From: the human T2T-CHM13v2.0 reference genome, Homo sapiens
Reading direction: 5' to 3' (one strand)
Assembly (NCBI RefSeq): GCF_009914755.1
Contig: NC_060929.1
Length of the DNA stretch: 64,000 nucleotides
Made by a program: the position numbers and the translations under genes. Positions 1 to 30,708 of this stretch are shown piece by piece. Each line of letters begins with the position of its first letter. Position 1 is the first letter of the stretch. The notes below the pieces were generated by a model, which did not search any database, had not been told where the DNA came from, and saw only the letters and a list, made by a program, of their open reading frames with translations.

Positions 1-1401
1 TTATGGCAGAACCCCCAGTTATAAATGAGGAGTGCAGTTTGAAATGCTGCTCTTCTGATACCAAAGGCTCTCCTTTGGCCAGCATTTCTAAAAGTGGGAA
101 AGTGGATGGTCTAAAACTACTGAACAATATGCATGAGAAAACCAGGGATTCAAGTGACATAGAAACAGCAGTGGTGAAACATGTTTTATCCGAGTTGAAG
201 GAACTCTCTTACAGATCCTTAGGTGAGGATGTCAGTGACTCTGGAACATCAAAGCCATCAAAACCATTACTTTTCTCTTCTGCTTCTAGTCAGAATCACA
301 TACCTATTGAACCAGACTACAAATTCAGTACATTGCTAATGATGTTGAAAGATATGCATGATAGTAAGACGAAGGAGCAGCGGTTGATGACTGCTCAAAA
401 CCTGGTCTCTTACCGGAGTCCTGGTCGTGGGGACTGTTCTACTAATAGTCCTGTAGGAGTCTCTAAGGTTTTGGTTTCAGGAGGCTCCACACACAATTCA
501 GAGAAAAAGGGAGATGGCACTCAGAACTCCGCCAATCCTAGCCCTAGTGGGGGTGACTCTGCATTATCTGGCGAGTTGTCTGCTTCCCTACCTGGCTTAC
601 TGTCCGACAAGAGAGACCTCCCTGCTTCTGGTAAAAGTCGTTCAGACTGTGTTACTAGGCGCAACTGTGGACGATCAAAGCCTTCATCCAAATTGCGAGA
701 TGCTTTTTCAGCCCAAATGGTAAAGAACACAGTGAACCGTAAAGCCTTAAAGACCGAGCGCAAAAGAAAACTGAATCAGCTTCCAAGTGTGACTCTTGAT
801 GCTGTACTGCAGGGAGACCGAGAACGTGGAGGTTCATTGAGAGGTGGGGCAGAAGATCCTAGTAAAGAGGATCCCCTTCAGATAATGGGCCACTTAACAA
901 GTGAAGATGGTGACCATTTTTCTGATGTGCATTTCGATAGCAAGGTTAAGCAATCTGATCCTGGTAAAATTTCTGAAAAAGGACTCTCTTTTGAAAACGG
1001 AAAAGGCCCAGAGCTGGACTCTGTAATGAACAGTGAGAATGATGAACTCAATGGTGTAAATCAAGTGGTGCCTAAAAAGCGGTGGCAGCGTTTAAACCAA
1101 AGGCGCACTAAACCTCGTAAGCGCATGAACAGATTTAAAGAGAAAGAAAACTCTGAGTGTGCCTTTAGGGTCTTACTTCCTAGTGACCCTGTGCAGGAGG
1201 GGCGGGATGAGTTTCCAGAGCATAGAACTCCTTCAGCAAGCATACTTGAGGAACCACTGACAGAGCAAAATCATGCTGACTGCTTAGATTCAGCTGGGCC
1301 ACGGTTAAATGTTTGTGATAAATCCAGTGCCAGCATTGGTGACATGGAAAAGGAGCCAGGAATTCCCAGTTTGACACCACAGGCTGAGCTCCCTGAACCA
1401 G
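1..1401 (+). CDS. NSD1: NSD1 giant coding exon (exon 5), 3' part; begins upstream of the window
   Basis: Open frame from position 3 (…YKFSTLLMMLKDMHDSK…PKKRWQRLNQRRTKPRKR…QAELPEP) recognisable as NSD1. Donor CCAG|GTAAGG at 1401/1402, phase 1. Confidence 0.97.
324..338 (+). other. NSD1: FxxLL nuclear-receptor interaction motif (FSTLL) of NSD1
   Basis: TTC AGT ACA TTG CTA. NSD1 is known to bind liganded nuclear receptors through an FxxLL variant NR box. Confidence 0.7.
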
Positions 1402-2567
1402 GTAAGGACATCTAAATGTGATAAAAAAAAAAAAATTGGAGAAAGTGCTGATAAACATTGTCCTTCTGAAATTGGTCTGTTGTAATGGTAAAGTGAAGTA
1501 TAAACTAGGGGGGAAGAATCATCACTTCAATGAAGAAGGAGTTTTATGTAGAAAGGTCTGAATTTTGAAGATGAGATTTCCATATATATTCAAAAGTTAA
1601 ACTTTACCAGAAGCCCTTTTCCCCAACCTTTTCAAGTAAATCTCTATAACATCTTTCTTTCTCACTTTCTCTCTCTCTCTTTCTCTCTCTCTCTTTTTTT
1701 TTTCTAATTTTTTTTTTCTTTTGAGACAGGGTCTCACTGTGTTGCCCAGGCTGGTCTCAAACTCCTGAGTTCACGCCATCTGCCAGCCTTTGCCTCCTAA
1801 AGTGCTGGGATTACTCTTGCCTGACCTGTTCCCCGTTTCTTACCTTTTAAAATCCCCAAGCTTTTTGGGACTCAATATGTAACTGCAAGTAATTGAGAGG
1901 CTCCGATCCTAGGATTTAAATCCAGTTGTTAGGTTATAGAAAGCAAATAGATTCTATTGGATGGTAGTTTCTTTTTTTTTTCTTAAGGCACCCGCCACCA
2001 TACCTGGTAATTTTTGTATTTTTAGTAGAGATGAGGGTTCACCACGTTGGCCAGGCTGGTCTTGAACTGAACTCAAGTGATCCGCCCACCAAAAGTGCTG
2101 GGATACAGGCGTGAGCCACTGCATCTGGCTGGATGTTAGGTTTTCTTTGACCATTACTTAAGATAGGTCCTTCTGTTTTGTGGACAATTTGATGAACCAC
2201 ATGCGCTTTTGAAAAAACTGCAAGTATTCTGTAGTACTTATTTGAAGGTCTTAGGTGTCTTAAATTCCTACTGGAATGAGGATTATGAACAAATAAAAAT
2301 ACCAGAAGTACCCAAGTGTTGTACCTAGCAGCAGATGGAAAACAGAAATCTTTCAAGATACTAACATTACACAGTATACAGTTGAGGATAAAGCAGTGTG
2401 TGTATACATGTATATACATATTTTTTTCTTTTTTACAGCAATATCCATTAACATAAGATTCTCAAAACTGTGTATCATAGTAGATTTTTCTCTAACAGCT
2501 TTATTGAAAATGCAGTTATCATATCATAAAATTCAGCTTTTAACGTTTTTAATTGAGTGGTTTGTAG

Positions 2568-2852
<285 letters not shown>

Positions 2853-2871
2853 TAGTAGAGACGGGGTTTCA

Positions 2872-2985
<114 letters not shown>

Positions 2986-3250
2986 TTACCAATCTGTAGA
3001 TTTGTCTATTGTGTACATTTCATAGAAATGGAATCATACAATATGTGGTCCTTTTGGGTCTGGTTTCCCTTACTTAGTTTAATGTTTTCTGGTTCATGCC
3101 TCTTGTAGTATGTATCAGTTCTTCTGTCTTCTTCTAAAATTATGGTTAAAAAGCATGTAACCTAAATGTACCTTTTTTGGTTTTTTTTTTGAGATAGGGT
3201 CTGGCTCTGTTGCCCAGGCTAGAGTGAGATTTACTCTTTAACGGTATTTA

Positions 3251-3547
<297 letters not shown>

Positions 3548-3579
3548 TCAAAATAAACAAACAAAAAAACAGTATTTAA

Positions 3580-14690
<11,111 letters not shown>

Positions 14691-15212
14691 ACGTGACAGG
14701 TAGTTTCTTAAGTAGTGCTTTGTTATAACCCAATTGTGGCCTTTCTTATTTATTTTCTCCCCTTTTTCCTGACATCCTTTACTTTCACCGCCTTTATATA
14801 GATCTACCTTTGCTAGTAAATAGGGTCATATGGGTGCTGGAAATAATCCATTCCTGTGAATTATTATTAATGTACATGTGAATATTACTGTTAAAGCAGA
14901 TGATGTCTTTTCCTTAAGAATAGTTCACAATTTTCGTTCATTATATTTCAAATATTTTCATATAATTTTATTTTTACTTCAGTTTTGAATTTTTTGGTTT
15001 TGAGTATGTATTGAAAAGATGAGAGAAGCTATTCAGTAAAAATTTTCCTCCCAACCCTGTACCTCAGTGGCTTAGATCTGCTCTCCAGAGATACTCAGTG
15101 TATGAATTACCAAGAAAAAGGTAGATGTGTGTTTGTTACACAAATTCAACAGTATATATACGTTGTTTGTACCTTGATTTTTTTGTTTCACTCTCATATC
15201 CATGCATAATGA

Positions 15213-15662
<450 letters not shown>

Positions 15663-16618
15663 TGAAAGATAAATTGCTATCGAGGTTTATTTATTTATTT
15701 TTGAAATGGGGTTCTTGCTGTTTTGCCCAAGCCTGGTCTCAAACTCTTTCCTTCACTTGAGAGATCCTCCTGCCTCAGCCAAATAGCTGGGACCACAGCC
15801 GTGTACTACCATGCCCAGCTTAGGTCATTTGGTTTGTCTTTGGCGATATCTCATAGTATTCCAATTTGAAATTTCACTTCATAGTTGTTATACTGATATG
15901 TTCCTACTAACAGTACAGAAAAGTACAGATTGGCATTCTGTTAATTTTTTTTAACATCCAGTCTAACCACCCCCTTTTCCAAGTCTGTATTCCCACTCAC
16001 AATCTAGTAATTAAAAAAAAATTTTGAGTAAAGTATGAAATTTTGTTAAGGGGCTGCATGTATAGTTTTGATATGAATGAAGCTATGTTTCAGATGGTTA
16101 ATTTACTTTGGTTGTTTGGAATTTCCAATGGTTTTTTATTTTACAGAGTCCTGCCAAATTTATAACAACTGTAGGGCAGGGTGTGGATAGGGATATTTTT
16201 ACTGAGTAAATACTATTACATGTACTAGAGGTATTCTGTTATGTTAAAATATCCCGTTAGAGATACATGATGAAACACATATGGATGAAATATTATGGAG
16301 TATGAGATATTGCAAAATAACATGGAAAGATGGGGATACAGATAAAAATAGATTGGCCATGAATTTGTAATCAGTGAGTCTAGGTGTTTACTATACTGGT
16401 TTTGTAGATGTTTGCAATTTTCTGTGATACATCCTTTTTCAGTAGGAATTCAGAATAAAGAAAGTGCTAAATATTTGAGTAAATCAGTTGACTATGAAAA
16501 TAATAATGCCTTATGGTCTTAAATACATATGGCATTAAAATATACCACAACAATAAAATATAAGTTGATAAGGAGGCAGATGGAAGTTAGTTTCCTTTAC
16601 TTTCTGGCAGGATGATAA

Positions 16619-16867
<249 letters not shown>

Positions 16868-17280
16868 TGACCTCAGGTGATCCCGCTCGCCTTGGCCTCC
16901 CAAAGTGCTGGCATTACAGATGTGAGCCATACACCCGGCCTAAATATTCATATTTAAATTTTTAAAATAACCTAAAACATGGAACAGAAAGCAGAAAGTT
17001 TGGCCTAGCACAGTGGCTCACACCTGTAATTCCAGCTATTCGGGACAGTTAGGCAGGAGAATTGCTTGAACCCAGGAGGCAGAGGTTGCAGTGAGCCGAG
17101 ATTGTGCCATTGTACTCTACCCTGGACCACAAGAGAGAAACTCTCTCAAAAAAAAAAAAAAGCAGAATTTTTTTTTGTAATTTATTTTTTTTTGGAAGAT
17201 TCATCCTGTAGATTTTCTCAGGCTGCATTGCGCTGTATGCAGCTCTGTTATATGGTTTTACATATTTCTCTTACTCTGTA

Positions 17281-17440
17281 CAGTAGTCTCCCTTTATCTA
17301 GAAACTCATTTTTCACAGTGTCAATTACCTGTAGTCAACTGAGGTCCAAAAATAGGTGAGTATAGTGCAATGCAGTTATTTTGGGGCAGAGAGGGAGAGA
17401 GAGCACATTCACGTAAGTTTTATTATAGTATATTGATAAC
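17281..17440 (+). mobile_element. MER44/Tigger7-type DNA transposon fragment
   Basis: TA|CAGTAGTCTCCCTTTATC… and …gtccaaaaataggtgagtatagt…cacattcac resemble the MER44 5' end. Confidence 0.7.
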
Positions 17441-18964
17441 ATTGGCCTTTTTTTCTTTTTCTTTTCTTTTTTTTTTTTTTGAGTTAGAGTCTTACTCTGT
17501 CACCCAGGATGGAGGGCAGTGGCATGATCTTGACTTATGAGCTATTAGCTGCAACTACAGACATGCACCACCACGCTAAGCAGATTTTTGTATTTTTAGT
17601 AGGGACGGGATTTTGCCATGTTGGCTAGGCTGGTCTTGAACTCCTGACCTCAAGTGATCCACCTGCCTCGACCTCCCAAAGTGCTGGGATTACAGGCGCG
17701 AGTCACCAGCCCCGGCCTAGGCTGAATGATCTAGATTGCCACTATTAGGAATGGTTTTGGGGTTTTTGCCTTTTTTTTTGTTTCTTTAAACTTTTTTCTC
17801 TGAGGCTCCAGAACTAGGAAAGTCGAGGTATAAATAGGGTCTAATAATCTGTATTGGAAGAGTGATGTTGCTACTAGTATTCTAGTCCTTTGGAAAAATT
17901 CACCATTTTAATGAAAAGGAGAAAACTGTATGTAGTTCAGTCTTGATGAAAGAGATTTTACTTTTTAAAATTAACTTTATCCAAGGTATAATTTACATAC
18001 TGTGAAATTCGTACATTTTATGTATACAATCGAATACTATTTGCAAATTTAATGTGTTATGCAACCATCTCTGTAAATCCATTTCGGAGCATTTCTACCA
18101 TCCCAGTAAAGATCCTTCTAATCTGTATATAGTTAATCCCTCTTCCTACCACTAGTCCTAGAGAACCAATAGTTGACTGTCTCTGTAGATTTGCCTTTTC
18201 CCTGGACATTTAATATTAATGGAATCATGCAATATGTGATCTTTTGTGTCTTGTTCTTCTCATTTGGTATATTTTTCTGATTTAAAAAAAAAAACTTACC
18301 ATCTGTAATTTGTCCCCTTTTTTGCTAAATAGTATTCCACCATAGATGTATGCCTAATTTTATTTATTCATTCATTCATTGATTAACATTTGGGCTGTTT
18401 CAACTTTTTGGCTGTTTTATCATTTTAGTTGGTAGTGTATACTCTGAGGTCTACGGCTATTGCTATACTCATCCAGTATTTGTCATTTATCTCTTTCTTC
18501 ACAATACAGTGACATTTTGTAGTTGTATAGTAGGCATGACGTACTGGTTGTGTGGTAGGAATTAGGGCATATTTGCTGAGAACCTTAGGGGTAGTGTGAT
18601 TTGGCTCTTGCTTTGTTTGATATTTGCTACATATCCTGTATTAAGGTTTGCATAATTACTCCTCTTTCCATTGACTTGTGCAGTTTTATGGATTTTGATA
18701 TTTTCTTCCAGTATCCAAAAGGTCATATTCCTCCTTTGTTCCTGATATATTCTTTATCTTAGCTTGGCAAATCACTTACTTTTTTGCCTCACTTTGCTCC
18801 TCTGTAGTAAGAGTAGGTGAATTCTCCATGCTTTTCTAACTGAAAAGTGCTGTAACTGGGAGAGAACATAGGTAGGGAGTTGGGGTAGTTGAGGCAAGGA
18901 AGAAAGAGGGGAAGCCTAGCAACAGCCAGGAAGCATCTTTTTATGTATTTTTTTATTTTTTTGA

Positions 18965-19072
<108 letters not shown>

Positions 19073-19807
19073 TAGCTGCAACTACAGGTATGCACCACCA
19101 CACCTGGCTAGTTTTTGTATTTTTAGTAGAGACGGAGCTTCACCATGTTGGCCAGGCTGGTCTCAAACTCCCGACTTCAAGTGATCTGCTGGCTTCAGCC
19201 TCCCAAAGTGCTGAGATTATAGGCATGAGCCACTGCATCCCACCCAGGAAACATCTTTTTAAAAATCATTCAGTTGTCACCATGCTGTTTCACTTACAAT
19301 ATGTTACTCTATTTGTGTTTTATTTTTATTTTTTATTTTTTAGACGAAGTCTCACTCGGTCGCCCTGGCTGGAGTGCAGTGGTGCTGTCTTGGCTCACTG
19401 CAACCTCTGCCTCCTGGGTTCAAGTGATTCTCGTGCTTCAGCCTCAGTATGTTACTTTATTTTTTATTTAGGGAAAGAGTTGGTAGACGTTTCTACCAAA
19501 GTAGAAAAGTGCCAGATAGTAAATATTTTAGGTTTTATGAGCCATAAGTTCTCTGTCACCTAATAGATGTATCCAGTACAGAATTTCTCACTTTAATTTC
19601 CAGTCTTTTGTGCTATCTGCTGGTTTCATTGTGAGCTGCAAGGAAATAGAGAGCTGGAGTATTGAAGCCTAGTCTGAGAAGTTACTCTATGAGAGAAGCA
19701 AACCCCAAAGGTAGAGTGGAAACAGCAATTATAAGAGGAAACGTGGCCAGGCGTGGTGGCTCAAGCCTATAATCCCAGCACTTTGGAAGGCTGAGGTGAG
19801 CAGATCA

Positions 19808-20062
<255 letters not shown>

Positions 20063-20260
20063 CTATGGAACCTGCCAAGAAGAAGACAAAGGAAGGAGAC
20101 TGTCTAGGATTGAGATCCAATTTGTGTGAGGGGGTTAGTGATGGATGGGGATAAAGGGGCATGATGTGATAGCATAGGGATCTGTTTTAATGAAAAATGT
20201 TCATGGGGAGTTTTGAGAGACTTTGGGATGGAATTATGACCTTGCCACCTCAATAATTAA

Positions 20261-20467
<207 letters not shown>

Positions 20468-20637
20468 TAGGGACGAGGTCTCGCCATGTTCCCCAGGCTT
20501 GTGTTGAACTCCTGGGCTCAAGTAATCCTCTTGCTTGTGCCTCCAAAAGTACTTGGATTACAGGCGTGGGCCACTTTGCCTAGCTGTTTTCACCATTACT
20601 TTGAAGAAAAATGTATACTTTAATATTTTGATCATAA

Positions 20638-20901
<264 letters not shown>

Positions 20902-21566
20902 TGAGTCACTGCGCCCAAACCGTGACAAGATTTTTTTAAAGGACGTACCCAAAATTCCATTTTTAATCTTTCAATTTTTTCTTTTCTTTTGATCCATAAA
21001 GCAATTGCATATATATTAAATCTTATTCTCCTGCCTTTTGCATACATGACATACACTTTTATGTTATTGGGATAATGACATATAATCAGTTATATATATT
21101 ATTATTATTTTATTTTTACAGATAGGGTTTTGCTGTGTCATTCAGGCTTGAGTGTGGTGGCACTGTCTTGGCTCACTGCAGCCCCTATCTCCTGGGCTGA
21201 AGCCATCCTCCTGCTTCAGTCTCACATGTAGCTGGGACCGCAGGTGTGTGCCACCACAGGCAGCTATATTTTTATGTTTAGTAGAGGCATGGTCTCACTT
21301 TGTTGCCCAGCCTGTTCTTGAACTCCTGGGCTCAAACCATCTGCTCACCTTGGCCTCCCATGCCTTTTATGTTTTTTGATAATTCTGTTTAGATGTATAG
21401 TTCTCTGTTTTTTAGCATGAGACAGTAATACAACCATATGATACTAAATCGATGAAGTGTTTGTAAAGTGGTTTTGAAATTCATGTGGTAGTGCCGATTA
21501 TATAATATTCTGTTGAAATGTCATTCCTGATATTCTACAAAATCCATAGAGATGTTGTTTAAAATG

Positions 21567-24646
<3,080 letters not shown>

Positions 24647-25022
24647 TAACTCAAGATGTATTTTACCTATTTACCTGATCTAGATGCTACATTTTTGTTA
24701 GGTATATATTAGCTTTATATGTACAGGTGTCAGTGACTATAAGACCTGGCTTTAAATTTAACCTTTTCCTTAATTTTGGATGGGCCACATATATTCTATT
24801 ATTTGTGTATATAAGGTAACACAAGTCCTTTTGTCTCCCCCCAGCTCCTTTTGCATATGAGAAAACATAAGCCATTTTGTGCCTCTTGCATCTTAAGCCA
24901 TAGTCTATTTTACTATGTGGTTTCCCATCTGGTTACTTTTGGGAGTATCAGATGGTCTCATAAAAACAGTGGGTTTTCCTGAAGCTTTTTGATTAATGTT
25001 GAATTTGTTTATCATCTTTTAG

Positions 25023-25147
25023 CTGTGCGGTCAGAGAAGAAACGCCTTAGGAAGCCAAGCAAGTGGCTTTTGGAATATACAGAAGAATATGATCAGATAT
25101 TTGCTCCTAAGAAAAAACAAAAGAAGGTACAGGAGCAGGTGCACAAG
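25023..25147 (+). CDS. NSD1: NSD1 exon 6 (125 nt; AVRSEKKRLRKPSKWLLEY…EQVHK)
   Basis: Acceptor atcttttAG|CTGTG, donor CACAAG|GTATGT; phase 1 to 0, in frame with exon 5. Confidence 0.96.
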
Positions 25148-26599
25148 GTATGTTGCAAAATTTCAGCAAACTTTCACTGGTCCTTAGGAAACTGCAATTT
25201 TATCTTCAATGTCATACTTTATCTTCATGAAACAATAATTTCCTTAACTGAGATCTTGTTTTTTATTCTCAGCTTCTAGCACAGTACTTAGGATTTAGTG
25301 GTTATTCAGGAAATATATAAATGAATCTACATATTGTATTTATTTATGTATATATTTTTCCCTCTTTGCCTTCAAAGAGTAATGACTTAGGAATATTGTT
25401 ATGATTTAATCTTAAGTAAAAATATAGGCTATAAAGTGAAATATATATAGTCTGACCCTAATTTCAAAAGTAAATATATCTTATTTGTCTTATTTTTCAA
25501 CTCAGTTTTTTAAAATGAAATAGAGACATCTTGACATTCTACCCCTACATAGTTTAATATGTAGTTAAAAAATGGAACATTTTCCTTTATAATCAATTTA
25601 ACATATTTACATCTTATATAAGATCTGTTTATCTGACATCAACTGTCTTTCAAATTTCATCAATTATCCCCTAACCTTTACCTTTGGATTATTCATACCA
25701 GGACTCAATCTAGGACTGCTCATTGTAACTGGTTGTTATGGTTCTCAAATCACTTTGAATTCAGAACAATCCCTTTTTTCATGATCATGATCATGTCTAT
25801 AAGAGAGTGACATATAAAGTCATCTACTTTCTGTATTTGTGTAATTGCTTCCTCATAGGTGTCACTTAGATTGTTTTCTCTATCTCCTGTTCTCTGTCAA
25901 ATGGAAGATAGAACCTATCAGTTTGATAGATTGAAAGTTGAACATTTTTAGCTAGACTATATCAGAGATGATAATGTGGAATATATTGTACATTAGAGGG
26001 TTAAAAAATGTTTTATTCCCATCAGCCATTCCCTGACAGTTTGTTCTTTCTTTTTTAAAATTGAGACAGTGTCTTGCCCAAGCTGGAGTGCAGAGATGCA
26101 CGAACACGGTTCACTGCAGCCTTGACCTCCTGGGTTTAAGCAATGTTTCCGTCTCAGCCTCCTGAGTAGTTGGGACCAAAGGTGCACACTACCACACCTG
26201 GCTAATTTTTGACAACATTTTTTTTGTAGAGGCGGTGTCCCACTATGTTGCCCTGGCTGGTCTCGAATTCCTGGGCTCCAGTGATCTTTCTGCCTCAGCC
26301 TCCCAGAGTGTTGGGATTACAGGTGTGGGCCACCATGCCCAGCTTCCCTGATGGTTTTTTGAAAACCCCAGTTGAAGATCTTTACCTATATCAATAATTT
26401 TATTAGAGGTTACAAAATGAAGACTTTCAGATTTTATTATTTTCTCTATTTTTATTAACTGATAGTCTCTTTCATTAATTGGACTCTGTTATTGTCCTGA
26501 AATACTTGAAAGGCAGAATAAGTGCTTCTTTCTTTCCCATTAATTACCAATTGTAACATTAAGGAGTTCATTAGTAGTTGTTTTAATTGGAGACATTAG

Positions 26600-26918
<319 letters not shown>

Positions 26919-27438
26919 TAGAGACAGGGTTTCACCATGGTAGCCAGGATGGTCTTGATCTCCTGACCTCGTGATCTGCCTGCCTTGGCCTCCCAAAGTT
27001 CTGGAATTACAGGCGTGAGCCACCACGCCCAGCCTATTTTATCCATTTTTAAGTGTACAGTTCAGTAGCATGAAGCACAGTTAGATTGTTGTGCAACCAT
27101 CTCCACCATCCATCTCGATAATTTTTTTCATCTTTCCAAATTAAAAATCAATACCCATTAACCAATAACTCCCTTTTCTGCTCAGCCCCTGGCAATTGCC
27201 ATTCTATTTTCTGTCTCAAGAATTTTCTTATTCTAGATACCTCATATACTTGAAATCATACGATATTTGTTCTTTGTGTCTTAAGTAATTTCCCTTAGCA
27301 TACATAATGTCTTCAAGGTTCATCCACTTTTTGTAGCCTTTGTCAGAATTTCATTCCTTTTAAAGTGTGTTATTCTTTTTGACACTTAAATTACAACAAT
27401 TTTGGCCTGTGGACTCTATTTTTATTTTTTGTTCTTAG

Positions 27439-27709
27439 GTAAGTTCCCGCTGTGAAGAGGAAAGCCTTCTAGCCCGAGGTCGATCTAGTGCTCAGAACAA
27501 GCAGGTGGACGAGAATTCTTTGATTTCAACCAAAGAAGAGCCTCCAGTTCTTGAAAGGGAGGCTCCGTTTTTGGAGGGCCCCTTGGCTCAGTCAGAACTT
27601 GGAGGTGGACATGCTGAGTTGCCGCAGCTGACCTTGTCTGTGCCTGTGGCTCCGGAAGTCTCTCCACGGCCTGCCCTTGAGTCTGAGGAATTGCTAGTTA
27701 AAACGCCAG
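27439..27709 (+). CDS. NSD1: NSD1 exon 7 (271 nt; VSSRCEEESLL…ELLVKTP)
   Basis: Acceptor tttttgttcttAG|GTAAGT, donor CCAG|GTAAGG; phase 0 to 1. Confidence 0.95.
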
Positions 27710-28957
27710 GTAAGGTGGGGTTGGGGTCTCAGTATTTGAGCAGATATGATTAGAGGAAGCAGGAGATTTTAGTATGTTTTGATGTAAAGCCAACATTGTA
27801 TCTATATACAATAAACTACCCCCTTTTGTCCTGGGAAATACTTAAAATGATGGTTAATTAGATATAGTTACTAACCATGAACTGTGGCACACTATCAAGA
27901 AGATGTATTTTTAATAACTATGCTCCTTGCTCCAGTGTTGCTCTTCATGATTGTTGATCAGCCACTGTGTAAATTAACAACCAGGATAACAGGGCTTCAA
28001 GAGGAGTACTGCACATTAGTGGAATAAGCACTATGCTTCAAGTGCTGGCTCCACCAATCCTTGTGTTACTTGGGAAGTTATTTAATCTCTGAACTTGTTT
28101 CCTCATCTATAAATGGAGATCATAATGTATTAATGTGTAATGTTATATACCTGACAACATAGTAATTACCAGTTCATTAGAAGTTAATTACCAGTTACTT
28201 CTCACTTGATCATTCTTTATATATCACCTGGGGAGAGTTGGATCTAAACATATTGTCTCTAATTCACCTTGTAACTATTGAATATTATAGTCAGTCAAGG
28301 AATGGCAAGAATCCTCTTTTCTGTACCCCTTTAAATTTTGGATATAACTTTTTTACATTATCAACAGTAGCTTTTGATGTTATTCCTTAAAGAAACGATT
28401 CCAATTGTGCTTAAACTAGTTGGGTATAATAAAAAAGATTTTTGAAAGAACAGTAAAGATAGTTATTATTTCAGTACCTACTATGTGCCAAAACTCTATT
28501 AAGTCAGCTCTTTTATATTATTCTTGAGTGATCCTATGAATTATCTTTTACCTATTGAATTTTATTTACTTAGGGGCAGAGCAGAAACTATAATCTTTGT
28601 CCATTTATGACCATGATCCAAGTTCTATTTCACTCCACTTCTCCTTATTTTATCCTCACCAACAATCAGTTGTTATAAAGGCAGTTCCGTCCTTCTGACT
28701 TCTCCCTTAGTGATTTTGTGAGTTAAAGTCACCACACACACATCCCTCACATTAGTTGGTGCTTGCATTGAAAACTGTTTACTTGTTTTGTTTACTAATA
28801 TTTTATAATAAGCAAATTACCATCCTGCCTCTTCCCATAAGATGACGGGGAAAACATCAAAAACATTGAGATTCATTTTGTGTGGTATACAGATTTTTTA
28901 AAAATTAACTTGTGCCCAGTTTCTAAATCATCTAATGTAAAGATACATGCATTTCAG

Positions 28958-29067
28958 GAAATTATGAAAGTAAACGTCAAAGAAAACCAACTAAGAAACT
29001 TCTTGAATCCAATGATTTAGACCCTGGATTTATGCCCAAGAAGGGGGACCTTGGCCTTTCTAAAAAG
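28958..29067 (+). CDS. NSD1: NSD1 exon 8 (110 nt; GNYESKRQRKPTKKLLES…LSKK)
   Basis: Acceptor atttcAG|GAAAT, donor AAAAAG|GTATGT; phase 1 to 0. Confidence 0.94.
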
Positions 29068-29727
29068 GTATGTTATTTTTGTAAGTTCTAAAAGAAATAA
29101 ACTCAGGAAATGAGAAATTTTAAAAATGACATTTTGAGTAGCAGTTATAACATTGATGTACATACATATAGAAATTAGTGTGTGTGTCAGCAGTCATACA
29201 TGATCTGAGATTTCCTACATGAAAGGCTGTTTTGCAGTTGTGTGACCATGTATGTGTATAAACTGGTTTCAGGTTTCCTTTCCAAGTGAAAAAAATTTTT
29301 AAATGCTTTGAAGATTAAGTTTGTGTTTGTTATAATTTCTTTTCTGGGTTCAAATCCTCTTACCTGTTTTCTACTAAACTACTATCTCAAATATCACTAG
29401 TCTACTCTCCTATTGCCGTGTCGTCGTAGCCCTTTTGTTTTGTTTTTTTGAGACAGGGTCTGATTCTGTCACCCAGGCTGGAGTGCAGTGGCATAATTTT
29501 GGCTCACTGTAATCTCTGCCTCCCAGGATCACCAGTTAATTTTTTGTCTTTTTTTGGTAGAGACTGGGTATCAATTTTTTTTTTATGTGATAAATACTTT
29601 TTGTGTTTTATTCAAGAAATCTAGTGTGATGGTGGCCGGGCGCAGTGGCTCATGCCTGTAATCCCAGCATTTTGGGAGGCTGAGGCGGGCGGATCACAAG
29701 GTCAGGATATCGAGACCATCCTGGCTA

Positions 29728-30111
<384 letters not shown>

Positions 30112-30600
30112 TCAGAAGGCTGAAGTGGTAGGATGTCTTGAGCCCCAGAGGTCGAGGCTGCAGTGAGCTATGATTGCGCTATTGCACTCCACCCTGGGTG
30201 ACAGAGCAAGACCCTGTCTCAGTCAATCAATCAATAAATGAAATTTTTGTGTGCCCCATGGACACAAAGATGTTCTCCCTGTGTTTTAGGAGTTTTTTGG
30301 TTCTGGTTTCACATATAGATCTTTGTTCCATCTTGAATTTTTGAGATGGAGTTTTGTTCTCCCCCATATTGATGTCCAGTTGTTTCAGCACCATTTACCA
30401 AAAAATTGCTGATATTGGCTGGGTGCGGTGGCTCACACCTGTAATCCCAGCACTTTGGGAGGCCCAGGTGGGCAGATCACTTGCGGTCAGGAGTTGGAGA
30501 CCAGCCTGGCCAACATGGTGAAACCCCGTCTCTACTAATAATACAAAAAAAAAAAAAATGGCTGGGCGTCGTGGTACCTGCGCATAATCCCAGCTACTCA

Positions 30601-30708
<108 letters not shown>

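Noticed and set aside
514-1458. Alternative-frame and antisense ORFs overlapping exon 5
   Set aside because: Short, no recognisable domains, and expected by chance over a long coding exon.
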